DNA of 64,000 bases from assembly GCA_964291315.2 (NCBI GenBank), contig OZ219753.1, forward strand, positions 2,496,001 through 2,560,000. Direction: 5' to 3'. The notes beneath the pieces are model-generated. The model searched no databases and was not told where the DNA came from. It was given only the letters and a program-made list of their open reading frames with translations. Made by a program: the position numbers and the translations under genes. Shown here piece after piece: positions 40,561 to 50,341 of this stretch (position 1 is its first letter; each line of letters opens with the position of its first letter). Source of the DNA: Candidatus Poribacteria bacterium (lineage in GTDB: Bacteria; Poribacteria; WGA-4E; WGA-3G).

Positions 40561-40673
40561 GCATCTTTAGTGCTTGTAACATAGACTGTTAGTCTGTGCA
40601 TCTTCGGGGCTTGCAGTATAGACTCTTGATCAGTGTGTTTTTAGGGTTTGTAGCATACACTGTTAGTCTATGC
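40561..40673 (+). repeat. 37-bp tandem repeat (3 units), each carrying a GTAG-REP-like hairpin
   Basis: gcatctttagtgcttgtaacatagactgttagtctgt / gcatcttcggggcttgcagtatagactcttgatcagt / gtgtttttagggtttgtagcatacactgttagtctat. Confidence 0.75.
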
Positions 40674-40705
40674 ATATGTATGCCCCTAGCAGAAGGCTTT
40701 TTCTG

Positions 40706-40734
40706 TTGCCTTCTACTCCGAGAGCTGCTATTCT
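40706..40734 (+). promoter_or_regulatory. Promoter TTGCCT-17-TATTCT (extended -10), 6 nt before the ATG; likely leaderless
   Basis: Hexamer spacing; no Shine-Dalgarno between the -10 and ATG 40741. Confidence 0.55.
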
Positions 40735-40740
40735 ACCTTC

Positions 40741-43700
40741 ATGCCGAAAATCAGTCTCAAACCTACTCATAAACCGCTCTGCGATTATTACGCCACGCTG
40801 CAGGCATACAACCAGCACGACATCAGACATGAAGGTGCGGTGAGCTCTCCGTTCGAGGCACTCCTGCACGTCTGCGCGAAGCAGATGAAAGCGACGCTCA
40901 TCCCCCAATATCAGATGCACGCCCCCAACGGAAACCGCATCGTTATTGACGGCGCAATCTTGGACGAATATAGCCTGCCGCTCGCCTACTGGGAGGCAAA
41001 AGATATTGATGACGATCTCGCGAAGGCCATTGAGGAGAAACGCGCGGCGGGGTATCCGCTAGACAACATCCTGTTCCAGAACCCACAGCGTGCTATTTTG
41101 TATCAGAACGGAGCAGAGGTGCTCGATGTAGACATTACTGCCCCGGTCTCTCTGATCGCTGCCCTGGAAGGTCTATTCGCTTATGTGCCGCCGGCACTGG
41201 AAAATTGGCAGTCGGCTGTAAAAGACTTCAAGGAACATGTGCCGGCTCTCGCAGGCGAGTTGAAAGAGCTCATTAACCAGCGACACGGGGTGGATACGGC
41301 GTTTCAAGCAGCGTTCTCCAACTTCTATGAGACCTGTCGCACGGCAATTGACCCTGCACTCTCACAGGATGCGGTCGAGGAGATGCTGATCCAACATATC
41401 CTCACCGAACGGATCTTCCGCACGGTGTTTAATAACTCCGCCTTCACTCGCCGGAATATCATCGCACGCGAGATTGAAAACGTGGTTGACGAACTGATCC
41501 GACAAGCATTCAGTCGGGAAGAGTTTCTAGCACCCTTAGATCGTTTCTACATCGCTATTGAACAGGCGGCGTTATTCTGCAAAGACTTCTCACAGAAGCA
41601 GCACTTCCTCAATACGTTCTATGAGCAGTTTTTTCAAGGGTTCTCCGAAGATACAGCTGATACACACGGTATCGTCTATACGCCACAGCCGATCGTGGAT
41701 TTTATGGTCAACAGCGTGCAACATATATTAGAGACCGAGTTTGACCGCTCGCTGTCGGACGCGGGCGTGCATATCATAGACCCGTTTGTCGGCACGGGCA
41801 ACTTCATCGTGCGGCTGATGCCCTACATTCAAGGCACGGCACTCGAGACAAAATACCGGAAGGAGCTGCACTGCAGCGAGGTGATGCTTTTGCCGTATTA
41901 TATTGCGAGTCTGAACATTGAGCAGGAGTATTTCCGTCGGACGGGTGCGTATCTGCCGTTTGAGGGGATAGTGCTGGCGGATACGTTCGAGCTGCTTGAG
42001 CAGGAGCAGGGACAGCTCTTCACGCGTGAGAACACGGAGCGGGTGCAGGAGCAGAAGTCGGCGGATATGTTCGTAGTGATCGGGAATCCGCCCTACAACG
42101 CCGGGCAGCGGAATGAGAACGACAAGAACAAGAATAGGAAGCATCCGCTCATGGATGCGAGAGTTGCGGAGACGTATGTCAAAGACTCTGCAGCACAGAA
42201 CCCGAATAAGCTCTATGATCCGTATGTGAAGGCGATCCGGTGGGCCTCCGATCGTATTGGATCGGAGGGTGTTGTGGCTCTGGTAACGAATAATAGTTTT
42301 CTGGATGGCATCGCGTTTGATGGGGTGAGACAGCACCTTGCGGAAGACTTCGATGCGATTTACATACTTGACTTAGGCGGAAATGTGCAACGGGGATTAA
42401 AGGTCTCTCATGCGAATGTATTCAACATTCGGATAGGGGTGAGTATCAACCTATTCGTGAAAAACAGAGACAAGTCATCAGAGAGACCGCAGATATTTTA
42501 CTATTGCACGGATGAGTTGTGGAATAGAGATCAGAAGTTTGCGTTTCTGAAGGAGTGCCAGCATGTGGGCGGTGTTGCGTGGCAGCCCATTGAACCCGAT
42601 GCGCGACATGCGTGGCTCACCGAAGGGCTGGCACCTGAGTTTGACACCTTTATTCCGATGGGAGCTAAGTCAGCGAAGACTGCACAAGGAACGGGATCGG
42701 GCGCGATTTTCAAAACCTATAGTAACGGTGTGAAGACCAATCGTGATGCGTGGGCTTACAATTTCAACCGAGACGCGCTCACTGAAAATATAAGTCGGAT
42801 GATTGAAAATTACAACGCAGAAGTGGGTCGTTGGACACAACGGACAAATAGAGAGACGAACGTTGATAATTTTGTGATTTATGATGATACGAAAATCAAG
42901 TGGAGCTTAGACTTAAAGGGAGAGCTGGAGGGTGGCCACACAACTGAATATAGTGATGCTAAGACTCGTGTATCTCTCTATCGTCCCTTTACGAAATCAT
43001 TTCTTTACTTCGACCGAACGATGAACAATAGCGTGTACCTATTTCCATCTATCTTTCCGACCTTAGAGGCAGAGGCAGAAAATCAGGTTATGCAGATAAA
43101 GGTTGGACGGGAATGGCCAATGTTCGCACTGATGACTAACAAAATCCCCGATGGTTTGCCACAAGGTGGTTCTCAATGCTTTCCGTTCTACACCTATGAT
43201 GAAGACGGCACAAACCGCCGCGAAAATATCACCGACTGGGCACTATCTGAATTCCGCTCTCACTACAAGGACGATAGCATCAGCAAGTGGGACATCTTCC
43301 ACTATACCTATGGACTCCTACATCATCCGGACTATCGAGAGAGATACGAGGCAAACCTCAAACGCGATCTGCCGCATATGCCGTTCGCGACAGACTTCTG
43401 GGCGGTCGCTACCGCAGGCGTAAAGCTCGCAGAGCTCCACGTCAATTACGAAACCGCACAGCAGTTCCCGTTGAAATACAGAGAAACGCCCGACACGCCG
43501 ATAGACTGGCGCGTGGAGAAGATGAAGTTGTCTAAAGACAAAACACAGTTGAAATATAACGAGTTCTTGACGTTGGAGGGCATTCCAGCGGAGGCGTTTG
43601 CGTATCGGTTAGGCACTCGTTCAGCGTTGGAGTGGGTGATAGATCAGTATCGCGTCAAAACAGACAAGCGGAGCGGGCTGCTCAATGATCCGAATTGTGC

Positions 43701-43821
43701 GGATGCGCCGCGCTATATTGTAGATTTAGTGGTGCGGGTTATCACTGTCAGCCTAAAAACAGTAGAAATTGTTAAGAGCTTGCCGGAATTATCTTTAGAC
43801 TCTGGGTCACCTGGACCTTAA
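40741..43821 (+). CDS. Single-polypeptide N6-adenine R-M enzyme (nuclease + MTase + Type ISP/LlaBIII-like TRD), no helicase domain
   Basis: IDG...YWEAKD PD-(D/E)xK-like motif; GIVYTP..IVDFM, DPFVGTGNF, GNPPY; KAIRWASDRI, GVKTNRDAW, YRPF, Y.YGLLH..YRERY..NLK..LP.P, SALEWVIDQY. Confidence 0.88.
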   Translation: MPKISLKPTHKPLCDYYATLQAYNQHDIRHEGAVSSPFEALLHVCAKQMKATLIPQYQMHAPNGNRIVIDGAILDEYSLPLAYWEAKDIDDDLAKAIEEKRAAGYPLDNILFQNPQRAILYQNGAEVLDVDITAPVSLIAALEGLFAYVPPALENWQSAVKDFKEHVPALAGELKELINQRHGVDTAFQAAFSNFYETCRTAIDPALSQDAVEEMLIQHILTERIFRTVFNNSAFTRRNIIAREIENVVDELIRQAFSREEFLAPLDRFYIAIEQAALFCKDFSQKQHFLNTFYEQFFQGFSEDTADTHGIVYTPQPIVDFMVNSVQHILETEFDRSLSDAGVHIIDPFVGTGNFIVRLMPYIQGTALETKYRKELHCSEVMLLPYYIASLNIEQEYFRRTGAYLPFEGIVLADTFELLEQEQGQLFTRENTERVQEQKSADMFVVIGNPPYNAGQRNENDKNKNRKHPLMDARVAETYVKDSAAQNPNKLYDPYVKAIRWASDRIGSEGVVALVTNNSFLDGIAFDGVRQHLAEDFDAIYILDLGGNVQRGLKVSHANVFNIRIGVSINLFVKNRDKSSERPQIFYYCTDELWNRDQKFAFLKECQHVGGVAWQPIEPDARHAWLTEGLAPEFDTFIPMGAKSAKTAQGTGSGAIFKTYSNGVKTNRDAWAYNFNRDALTENISRMIENYNAEVGRWTQRTNRETNVDNFVIYDDTKIKWSLDLKGELEGGHTTEYSDAKTRVSLYRPFTKSFLYFDRTMNNSVYLFPSIFPTLEAEAENQVMQIKVGREWPMFALMTNKIPDGLPQGGSQCFPFYTYDEDGTNRRENITDWALSEFRSHYKDDSISKWDIFHYTYGLLHHPDYRERYEANLKRDLPHMPFATDFWAVATAGVKLAELHVNYETAQQFPLKYRETPDTPIDWRVEKMKLSKDKTQLKYNEFLTLEGIPAEAFAYRLGTRSALEWVIDQYRVKTDKRSGLLNDPNCADAPRYIVDLVVRVITVSLKTVEIVKSLPELSLDSGSPGP

Positions 43822-43938
43822 CACCCAATTCTCTTTCATTTTCTTTCATTCAACGGCGTTACCGATGCTTTTTGGATCTCTAACTCTTTTTTTATTTTCG
43901 TTAACACTATCTTTTATTATAGCGCTGATAAAACCGAT

Positions 43939-46287
43939 ATGCGAGAAGCTCTGTCTATTTTCTTGATTTTCCTTATTTTTGCCGCGTGCAGTAAAGATAC
44001 TCCGCAGACTAAGGTCTCCCCACAATTTGTGGCACAATATCAGAAAGGGATTGACGCGCTCGACGCAAGTAAATTTGCTGAGGCAGAAGAGGCGTTTCAG
44101 CGGTGTTTGCAAATGGATCCCAATGCCCACGAGGCTGGCATGCAGTTAGGACGCACCTACATCAGACAGCTGAAATTTGCCCGGGCCGAAGAGACCCTAC
44201 AGACTTTGATACGTCTGCTGGAGCAGGCACCTGAGGCGAAGGGTATGCTTTCGAAAGCATACCTAACATTGGCACAGGTTTTTAGTTATCAACAGCGATT
44301 CTCTGAGTCTACTCTCGCTCTCACCAAGGCGCTGGAGGTAAATCCCGACGATACCAATGCCCGTATTCGACTCGGCTATTTCTTGGGAGCTCCACAACAG
44401 ATGCTGGTGCCAGATCTGTCAGCATCTAAACGGCAATTTGAAAAAGTCTTGGAATTTGAACCCGATAACCTTGAAGCAATGCTACAACTCGGGCTAGCAG
44501 AATTTCGGCTTGGTGAAACCGACAAGGCAGCTGAGAGGTTTAAAAATATCATTCAAAATTACCGGCGCCACTCTGGGGCTTACTACTATCTCGGGGTCTA
44601 TCATCTCCGACACGGCAACCCGGAGAAAGCCGTTGAGAACTTTAAAGAGGCTCTCCGTCTAAAACCGCGCGACCCCGAAACCTTGTGGAATTTATGGACG
44701 GCTTATACCCAACTCGGTGGCTACCCTAAAAATTTACCAGCTGAATTCAGGGTAGCCGTCAGCGAAGATAGTCATCATCAAAGCGTCTTTCTTGCTAACC
44801 GTCCACAGCAGATACGAAAAAGACAATTTACGGATGTCGCTCCTGACTTAAAAATGGACAAGGTAGATGGTGGCCGCGGCAGCGCCTGGGGAGACTATGA
44901 TAATGATGGCAATTTGGATATCGTTGCTGTCGGGACCTATCAACCGCATGTCCTCTATCATAATAACACGGATGGAACGTTCACAAATGTGGCGGAGCAG
45001 GCAGGAATTGCTGATCCGAGAGGAGGGTGGGGCTCGATTTTCGCAGATTACGATAACGACGGCTACCTCGATCTTTACATCACGAGGGGCGGTTGGTCCG
45101 GCGCAGCCGAAAACACGCTTTATCATAACAACGGCGATGGCACATTTACAGATGTCACGCATGCTGCAGGAGTCGCTGATCCACAAAGCAGCTTCTGTGC
45201 AGCCTGGGCGGATTACGACAACGACGGATACCTGGACCTCTATATTGCGAACGGGGTCATCGGGGACGGCGCAGCGAACGTCCTATATCACAACAATGGT
45301 GATGGCACTTTCACCAATAGAGCTGACATCGCCGGCGTAGCGAATACGGGGAACTCCCTCGGAACCGCCTGGGGAGATTACGATAAAGACGGACATATTG
45401 ATCTGCATGTCATCAACTACGGGCAGTCTAATGTTCTCTACCGCAACAACGGAGACGGGACGTTCACGGATGTAACCGCAACAACCGGTATGAATCTCTC
45501 TGTTACGGACGCCTTCGTCACCTTCTTTTTAGACATAGATAATGATGCAGACCTCGACATTTTCATTTCGAATTCAGGAACGTTCCAAGCCTTTATCGCC
45601 GGTCAAATTACGGGGAGCGCCACGCACGATAGCGACCGGCAAGTGCTGTATCAGAACAACGGTGACGGCACATTTACAGATGTCACCAAGCAGGCCGGTT
45701 TGTACCACGCTTATGGAGCGATGGGGGCAAATTTCGGGGACATAAATAGCGACGGTTATGTTGACATCTATCTCGCTACCGGGGCACCACAGATGGGAAG
45801 ACTTGAACGCGATGCTCTCTTCCAAAACAACGGCGACGGCACCTTTACCGATGCAACCAGCACTTTAGGCCTGGGCAACATTGGAAAAGGCCATGGGGTA
45901 ACGTTCGGCGATGCTGACGCTGACGGTGATGTCGATATCTACGTTCCCGTCGGAGGAGCATTTATCGGCGACCAGTGGCACAATCTCTTCTATCAGAATG
46001 CTGGAACTGGAAACAACTGGCTTACTGTGAAACTGGTTGGTGTGGAGAGTAATCGTGACGGTATCGGATCTAAGGTTACTGTGAGTGTCGGTGATAGCAT
46101 CATCTACAGAGAAGTCAGCGGCGGTGGTGGGTTTGGTTCAACTAATAGTCTACCGCTTGAAATCGGTCTTGGAACGCATCCAAAAGTTGATACTCTTGAA
46201 GTCATTTGGCCCTCCGGTCACATAGATACGCATCGCAACCTGTCTGTTAACCAGAAAATCGTTGTCACTGAGGGAAGCAGGCTATGA
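43939..46287 (+). CDS. TPR + FG-GAP/VCBS + ASPIC/UnbV lipoprotein
   Basis: FAAC lipobox, N-terminal TPRs, many DYDNDG.LD and NGDGTFTDVT repeats, NRDGIG...IGLG...WPSG. Confidence 0.88.
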   Translation: MREALSIFLIFLIFAACSKDTPQTKVSPQFVAQYQKGIDALDASKFAEAEEAFQRCLQMDPNAHEAGMQLGRTYIRQLKFARAEETLQTLIRLLEQAPEAKGMLSKAYLTLAQVFSYQQRFSESTLALTKALEVNPDDTNARIRLGYFLGAPQQMLVPDLSASKRQFEKVLEFEPDNLEAMLQLGLAEFRLGETDKAAERFKNIIQNYRRHSGAYYYLGVYHLRHGNPEKAVENFKEALRLKPRDPETLWNLWTAYTQLGGYPKNLPAEFRVAVSEDSHHQSVFLANRPQQIRKRQFTDVAPDLKMDKVDGGRGSAWGDYDNDGNLDIVAVGTYQPHVLYHNNTDGTFTNVAEQAGIADPRGGWGSIFADYDNDGYLDLYITRGGWSGAAENTLYHNNGDGTFTDVTHAAGVADPQSSFCAAWADYDNDGYLDLYIANGVIGDGAANVLYHNNGDGTFTNRADIAGVANTGNSLGTAWGDYDKDGHIDLHVINYGQSNVLYRNNGDGTFTDVTATTGMNLSVTDAFVTFFLDIDNDADLDIFISNSGTFQAFIAGQITGSATHDSDRQVLYQNNGDGTFTDVTKQAGLYHAYGAMGANFGDINSDGYVDIYLATGAPQMGRLERDALFQNNGDGTFTDATSTLGLGNIGKGHGVTFGDADADGDVDIYVPVGGAFIGDQWHNLFYQNAGTGNNWLTVKLVGVESNRDGIGSKVTVSVGDSIIYREVSGGGGFGSTNSLPLEIGLGTHPKVDTLEVIWPSGHIDTHRNLSVNQKIVVTEGSRL

Positions 46288-47675
46288 GTGAGAGTACGCA
46301 CAATCCCCCGAAGTCAGCCCTGCTCACGACGGATAACATGGCAATTTTTGTGGATTATTATCAACTCACGATGGGACAGGCAGATTTCAATGCCCAGAAC
46401 GATGCAGTTATTACAGCAAATTACTACGTCCGCGAGATACCACAGGGAGAATATCTCATCGCCGCTGGACTAGAGCAAGTTATCCACTACATCTTAAATT
46501 TACACTTCAGCGACACTACGCTTGATTGGTTGGTGCAGCGTGGACATCTGCATGCTGATTATCTCGCCTCACTCAAAGATTTCGGTTTCGAGGGAACTGT
46601 CTTTGCAGTTCCCGAAGGCACACCCGTTTTCCCGAATGAGCCGATCATCAATGTCACGGGCCGCTCCCGGGATGTCCAAATTTTTGAGACCTACCTGCTT
46701 TGTGTCATGAACTTTCAAACGTTAATTGCCACAAAGGCATCGAGGATTGTACAAGCAGCACGCGGCAGACCAGTTTTTGATTTTGGAGCGCGGCGGGCAC
46801 ATGGCCGAGACGCCGGTATTCTGGCCGCCCGCGCTTCCTTCATTGGCGGCGCTAACGGGACATCGTTGGTACTTGCAGGCCACTATTTCGATATTCCGTA
46901 TGTGGGCACGATGGCTCATAAATTCATTGCTGAACGGCCCACTGAATTAGAGGCCTTCCGCGATTACGCGACAGCTTTCCCGAACAGCACCACACTCTTG
47001 ATTGATACGTACGACACAATTCAAGGTGCGCGGAACGCTTGCATTGTCGCAAAAGAGATGGCAGCATCTGGGGTAAAGTTAGAGGCAGTCCGGTTGGATA
47101 GCGGGGACCTCTCTAAACTTAGCAAACAGGTGAGACAGATCCTTGATGCTGAGGGACTTGACTACGTCCAAATTATAGCAAGCCATGAACTTGATGAATT
47201 TCAGATAGACTCCCTACTCGAAAACGACGCACCGCTAGATGGCTTTGGGGTAGGCACCCGGCTTGCTACGGGGGCTAATTTCAACTCGCTCACAGGGGAA
47301 GGAGCTCCTTCTGCGTTAGGCGGCGTTTATAAAGTTGTTGAAAGCGATGGCAGACTCGTTGGAAAACAGGCGCTTGACGAACCTGCCAAAGCCACAGTAC
47401 CGGGCAAGAAGCAAATCTATCGCATCACGGATGCTGAACAAAATTATAGCAAAGATCAGATAGCTCTGTTAGATGAAGAAGTTTCCGAGGGAGTCCCCCT
47501 TCTGATTCCGATTATTCAAAATGGGGAATTGGTATATCAGTTTCCGAAACTACATGAAATTCAGTCGCGAACAATTGCAGAGCTCAACAAATTACCAGAT
47601 TGTCATAAGCGTTTGATGGAAGCGACCCCTTACTACGTCGATCTACATTCTTCACTATCGGCAGCTAGCAAATAG
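46284..47675 (+). CDS. pncB: Nicotinate phosphoribosyltransferase
   Basis: DYYQLTM, DFGARRAHG, GTMAH, LLIDTYDT, VRLDSGD, FGVGT, GGVYK, PGKKQ. Confidence 0.93.
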   Translation: MSESTHNPPKSALLTTDNMAIFVDYYQLTMGQADFNAQNDAVITANYYVREIPQGEYLIAAGLEQVIHYILNLHFSDTTLDWLVQRGHLHADYLASLKDFGFEGTVFAVPEGTPVFPNEPIINVTGRSRDVQIFETYLLCVMNFQTLIATKASRIVQAARGRPVFDFGARRAHGRDAGILAARASFIGGANGTSLVLAGHYFDIPYVGTMAHKFIAERPTELEAFRDYATAFPNSTTLLIDTYDTIQGARNACIVAKEMAASGVKLEAVRLDSGDLSKLSKQVRQILDAEGLDYVQIIASHELDEFQIDSLLENDAPLDGFGVGTRLATGANFNSLTGEGAPSALGGVYKVVESDGRLVGKQALDEPAKATVPGKKQIYRITDAEQNYSKDQIALLDEEVSEGVPLLIPIIQNGELVYQFPKLHEIQSRTIAELNKLPDCHKRLMEATPYYVDLHSSLSAASK

Positions 47676-47715
47676 CTGTTGATAAATGTGCTAAGTACCG
47701 TCAACCGACACCGTA

Positions 47716-49689
47716 TTAACGCGTGTTGAGTCGTTTTTGACGTTCTTTGATGAAGTGCATGATGGTGTCTGAATCGGCCGATTGGAAGTTGCCTAGGGTG
47801 CTAGTTTCTTCTATGAGTGATTCTATTTGCACGGGATTATCCGTAAGTACCTCTTCTGCTCTTTCGTAAAAGTAGGCTGCTTGTGCTTTTTCATTGTGCT
47901 TCTCATTTATAGCGGCGAGATAGACGTAAGCAGCTGCAAGGCGTGGGGAGTGAATGCGGTTCTGAATGAACTCTTCAAAAGTGAAGCGCGCCTCATTATA
48001 ACGTCCGTCATCGTAATGGACGCGCCCGATCCGAAACTGTGCTCTGTCAGAGAAACTGTCCTTGTGGCCCCCGGCAAGATACCTATCCCGTTCTGGATAT
48101 CCAATGGTGGTTTTATAGGCTTGCAGTGCCTCGCTGTAGCGATTGAGTTTTCTGTACATTTCGCCCAACTGGAAGTTCGCCATCATCGCTTGTAAGGTAT
48201 TGGAATGTGCTGCAATAACTGTTTTATAAGCCTCAAGCGCCTCGTTAGGAGCAGAGAGGTGTTCAGTATAAACAATTCCACTACGATAAAGTGCTTCAGC
48301 GGAATAGGTTAAATCGGGATGGTACCTTGAAACCTCTTTATACGCCTCAATCGCTTTCGGGTAGTCTTGCAAGTGTTGTTCATAGATAGTGCCGATCTGT
48401 AATCGCGTGCGCGCCGCTTCTACAGGCGGTAAAATTTTGTCCTGGAGCTGTTCCCGCAGGTCCTCAATAGTTGCCAAGTGTTGAAGTGTTAGAAGTTGTT
48501 CCGATGCTTGCTTGGCTTGCGGAGTGTAGGGTGCAGCGGAAATGAGATTCCGGGCGATGCTTAATGCTAAGGAAAAATCTCTATCTGTGCGAGCCGTGTC
48601 CAACCGTTCTAATTCCGTTTGGGACATTTGTTGTGCAAGATCCTTGATTTTCTTACGAATATGAGTTGTTACTTCAGACAGGCTCTTATTGTGCATTGAG
48701 ATCTGACCTAAATACCCCGGATCGAGCTGTGGCAGATAAACGTGAAGAAATGTTTCAAAAGCCTCAATCGCTTTCGGATAGTTCAAAGTTTTTTCGTGGC
48801 AAATCCCTGTCCAATAGAGGACAGCGTGCATATTCCAGAAGTTGGGATATTTCTGTTTGAGTTTCTCAAACACAGGGATTGCAAGTGAGTATTTTTCGGT
48901 AGTGCGGTGAATGTTGGCAATCTGATAGAGCGCTTCCGCTGCGAAATTGCTTGTGGGATAATCGTTAGCGACCTTTCTATACGTTGCAATTGCTAAGAGC
49001 GACTGGTTAAGTACAGTATGCCGCAAATGTGCGATGCGCCACCGCGCTTCTGGAGCTACCGCCGAGTCTGGATATGTTTCTAACAGACCCTCATACTTTT
49101 CTATTGCCTTTTCGGGCTGGTTGAGCTGCGAATGATTCCGGTAGAGCTCAGCTATCTGGAATTGAGCGACAGCGGCAAGTGGTGCTCCTTTATATTGAAT
49201 CACAATGCGCTGCTGCTCCCTCAGGTCAGCGAGGGCGCTGTTAATATCCCGGATCTTCTGTAGCCCCGTTTTGTGGACAAAATGGGATGGCGGTGCAAGT
49301 TTAATCAGTCTGTCGTAGTTCTGAATAGCATCATGATAGTTTCCCATGCGGCTGTAGACATCACCTTTCTTGATAATGGCGAGAAATATTTCCTCGGCGG
49401 GAAGCCCTTTTTGCTCAAGCTGCAGAATTTTGTCGTAAGCCCTGGCTGCGTGCGTATACTGGTGTGTGTAGTTATAATAGATTTCGCCAATCTGATAGTA
49501 GCACCAGCTTTTCACTGCGATATCCTGGGCAGACTCCGCAAGATCTTCAAGCTTACGAATCGCCTCGGTATAATCTCCTGTCTCAATTAAGACGTGTACC
49601 TCTTCAAAACGTGCAAATGCGGCAAGCACACTGAAGGCGATTATTAACAGTATCGGTGAGAAAAATCTGAGCTTGCTCCGCCTTTTCAT
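47716..49689 (-). CDS. Exported multi-TPR protein
   Basis: Signal-like N-terminus; many A.EA.Y.IA...Y..AI..Y......YP repeats. Confidence 0.85.
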   Translation of the reverse strand: MKRRSKLRFFSPILLIIAFSVLAAFARFEEVHVLIETGDYTEAIRKLEDLAESAQDIAVKSWCYYQIGEIYYNYTHQYTHAARAYDKILQLEQKGLPAEEIFLAIIKKGDVYSRMGNYHDAIQNYDRLIKLAPPSHFVHKTGLQKIRDINSALADLREQQRIVIQYKGAPLAAVAQFQIAELYRNHSQLNQPEKAIEKYEGLLETYPDSAVAPEARWRIAHLRHTVLNQSLLAIATYRKVANDYPTSNFAAEALYQIANIHRTTEKYSLAIPVFEKLKQKYPNFWNMHAVLYWTGICHEKTLNYPKAIEAFETFLHVYLPQLDPGYLGQISMHNKSLSEVTTHIRKKIKDLAQQMSQTELERLDTARTDRDFSLALSIARNLISAAPYTPQAKQASEQLLTLQHLATIEDLREQLQDKILPPVEAARTRLQIGTIYEQHLQDYPKAIEAYKEVSRYHPDLTYSAEALYRSGIVYTEHLSAPNEALEAYKTVIAAHSNTLQAMMANFQLGEMYRKLNRYSEALQAYKTTIGYPERDRYLAGGHKDSFSDRAQFRIGRVHYDDGRYNEARFTFEEFIQNRIHSPRLAAAYVYLAAINEKHNEKAQAAYFYERAEEVLTDNPVQIESLIEETSTLGNFQSADSDTIMHFIKERQKRLNTR

Positions 49690-49691
49690 TG

Positions 49692-50315
49692 TTAATATCC
49701 CTTAATAGCTGCCTGAGTTATGCTATTGGCACTGAAAGTTTGTGCGACCTTCATCCAATGTGTACCTTCCGCTTGTTCCTTGACTCGCTGAAGCCTGCTC
49801 TCCGTCTCCCATGCATCATTTCGGAGGTGATGCGTAATCATAGCATCCTCCAAATTCCGTTGGATGTCTTGCTGAAGATATTGTTCGATCCGAGCGTCAG
49901 TGGACTGTGATTCGCTTAGCTGCAATTCCACTTTCGGTTGCCAGAGTTCCGCAACCAAAACAATAGCAGTAATGACGGCAACTACAGCAGTGCCTGCGGC
50001 AGCAGTTCTGTGCCGCTGAAACAGGGATCTAAGGTTAGTTACGCAAGCGCGAAGACGCGAAAGCAGGGATTCCTCTTGTATGGCCACGAGTCGTTTGTAC
50101 ACATTCATCTCAATATCCTGAAGAGCTGCTTCTGGCAGTACCACCTCTTCCTCTGCCGCATCAGTCAAGTTTAACACGGTAGTGAAGGTTTTAACCGTCT
50201 TATTACAGGCCGCGCAGCTCTTAAGATGTTGCCTGAAGGTTTCCGCTTCTACTGTGGGTAGAAGTTTAAAGGCATAGTCAATAGCTTGCTCTTCAGATTT
50301 ATTACACCTCGGCAT
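49692..50315 (-). CDS. Zinc-binding (HxxxCxxC) membrane anti-sigma factor
   Basis: HLKSCAAC plus one TM; directly downstream of the ECF sigma. Confidence 0.85.
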   Translation of the reverse strand: MPRCNKSEEQAIDYAFKLLPTVEAETFRQHLKSCAACNKTVKTFTTVLNLTDAAEEEVVLPEAALQDIEMNVYKRLVAIQEESLLSRLRACVTNLRSLFQRHRTAAAGTAVVAVITAIVLVAELWQPKVELQLSESQSTDARIEQYLQQDIQRNLEDAMITHHLRNDAWETESRLQRVKEQAEGTHWMKVAQTFSANSITQAAIKGY

Positions 50316-50341
50316 AGACTTTACCCCCTTAAATATAATTA

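Noticed and set aside
40561-40673. 37-bp periodic repeat as a mini-CRISPR array
   Set aside because: Units are directly tandem with no unique spacers, they are degenerate, and no cas genes are present
37479-46287. DNA repeats such as aacggcgatggcacatttacagatgtcac as a mobile or array element
   Set aside because: Fully explained by FG-GAP/VCBS protein repeats
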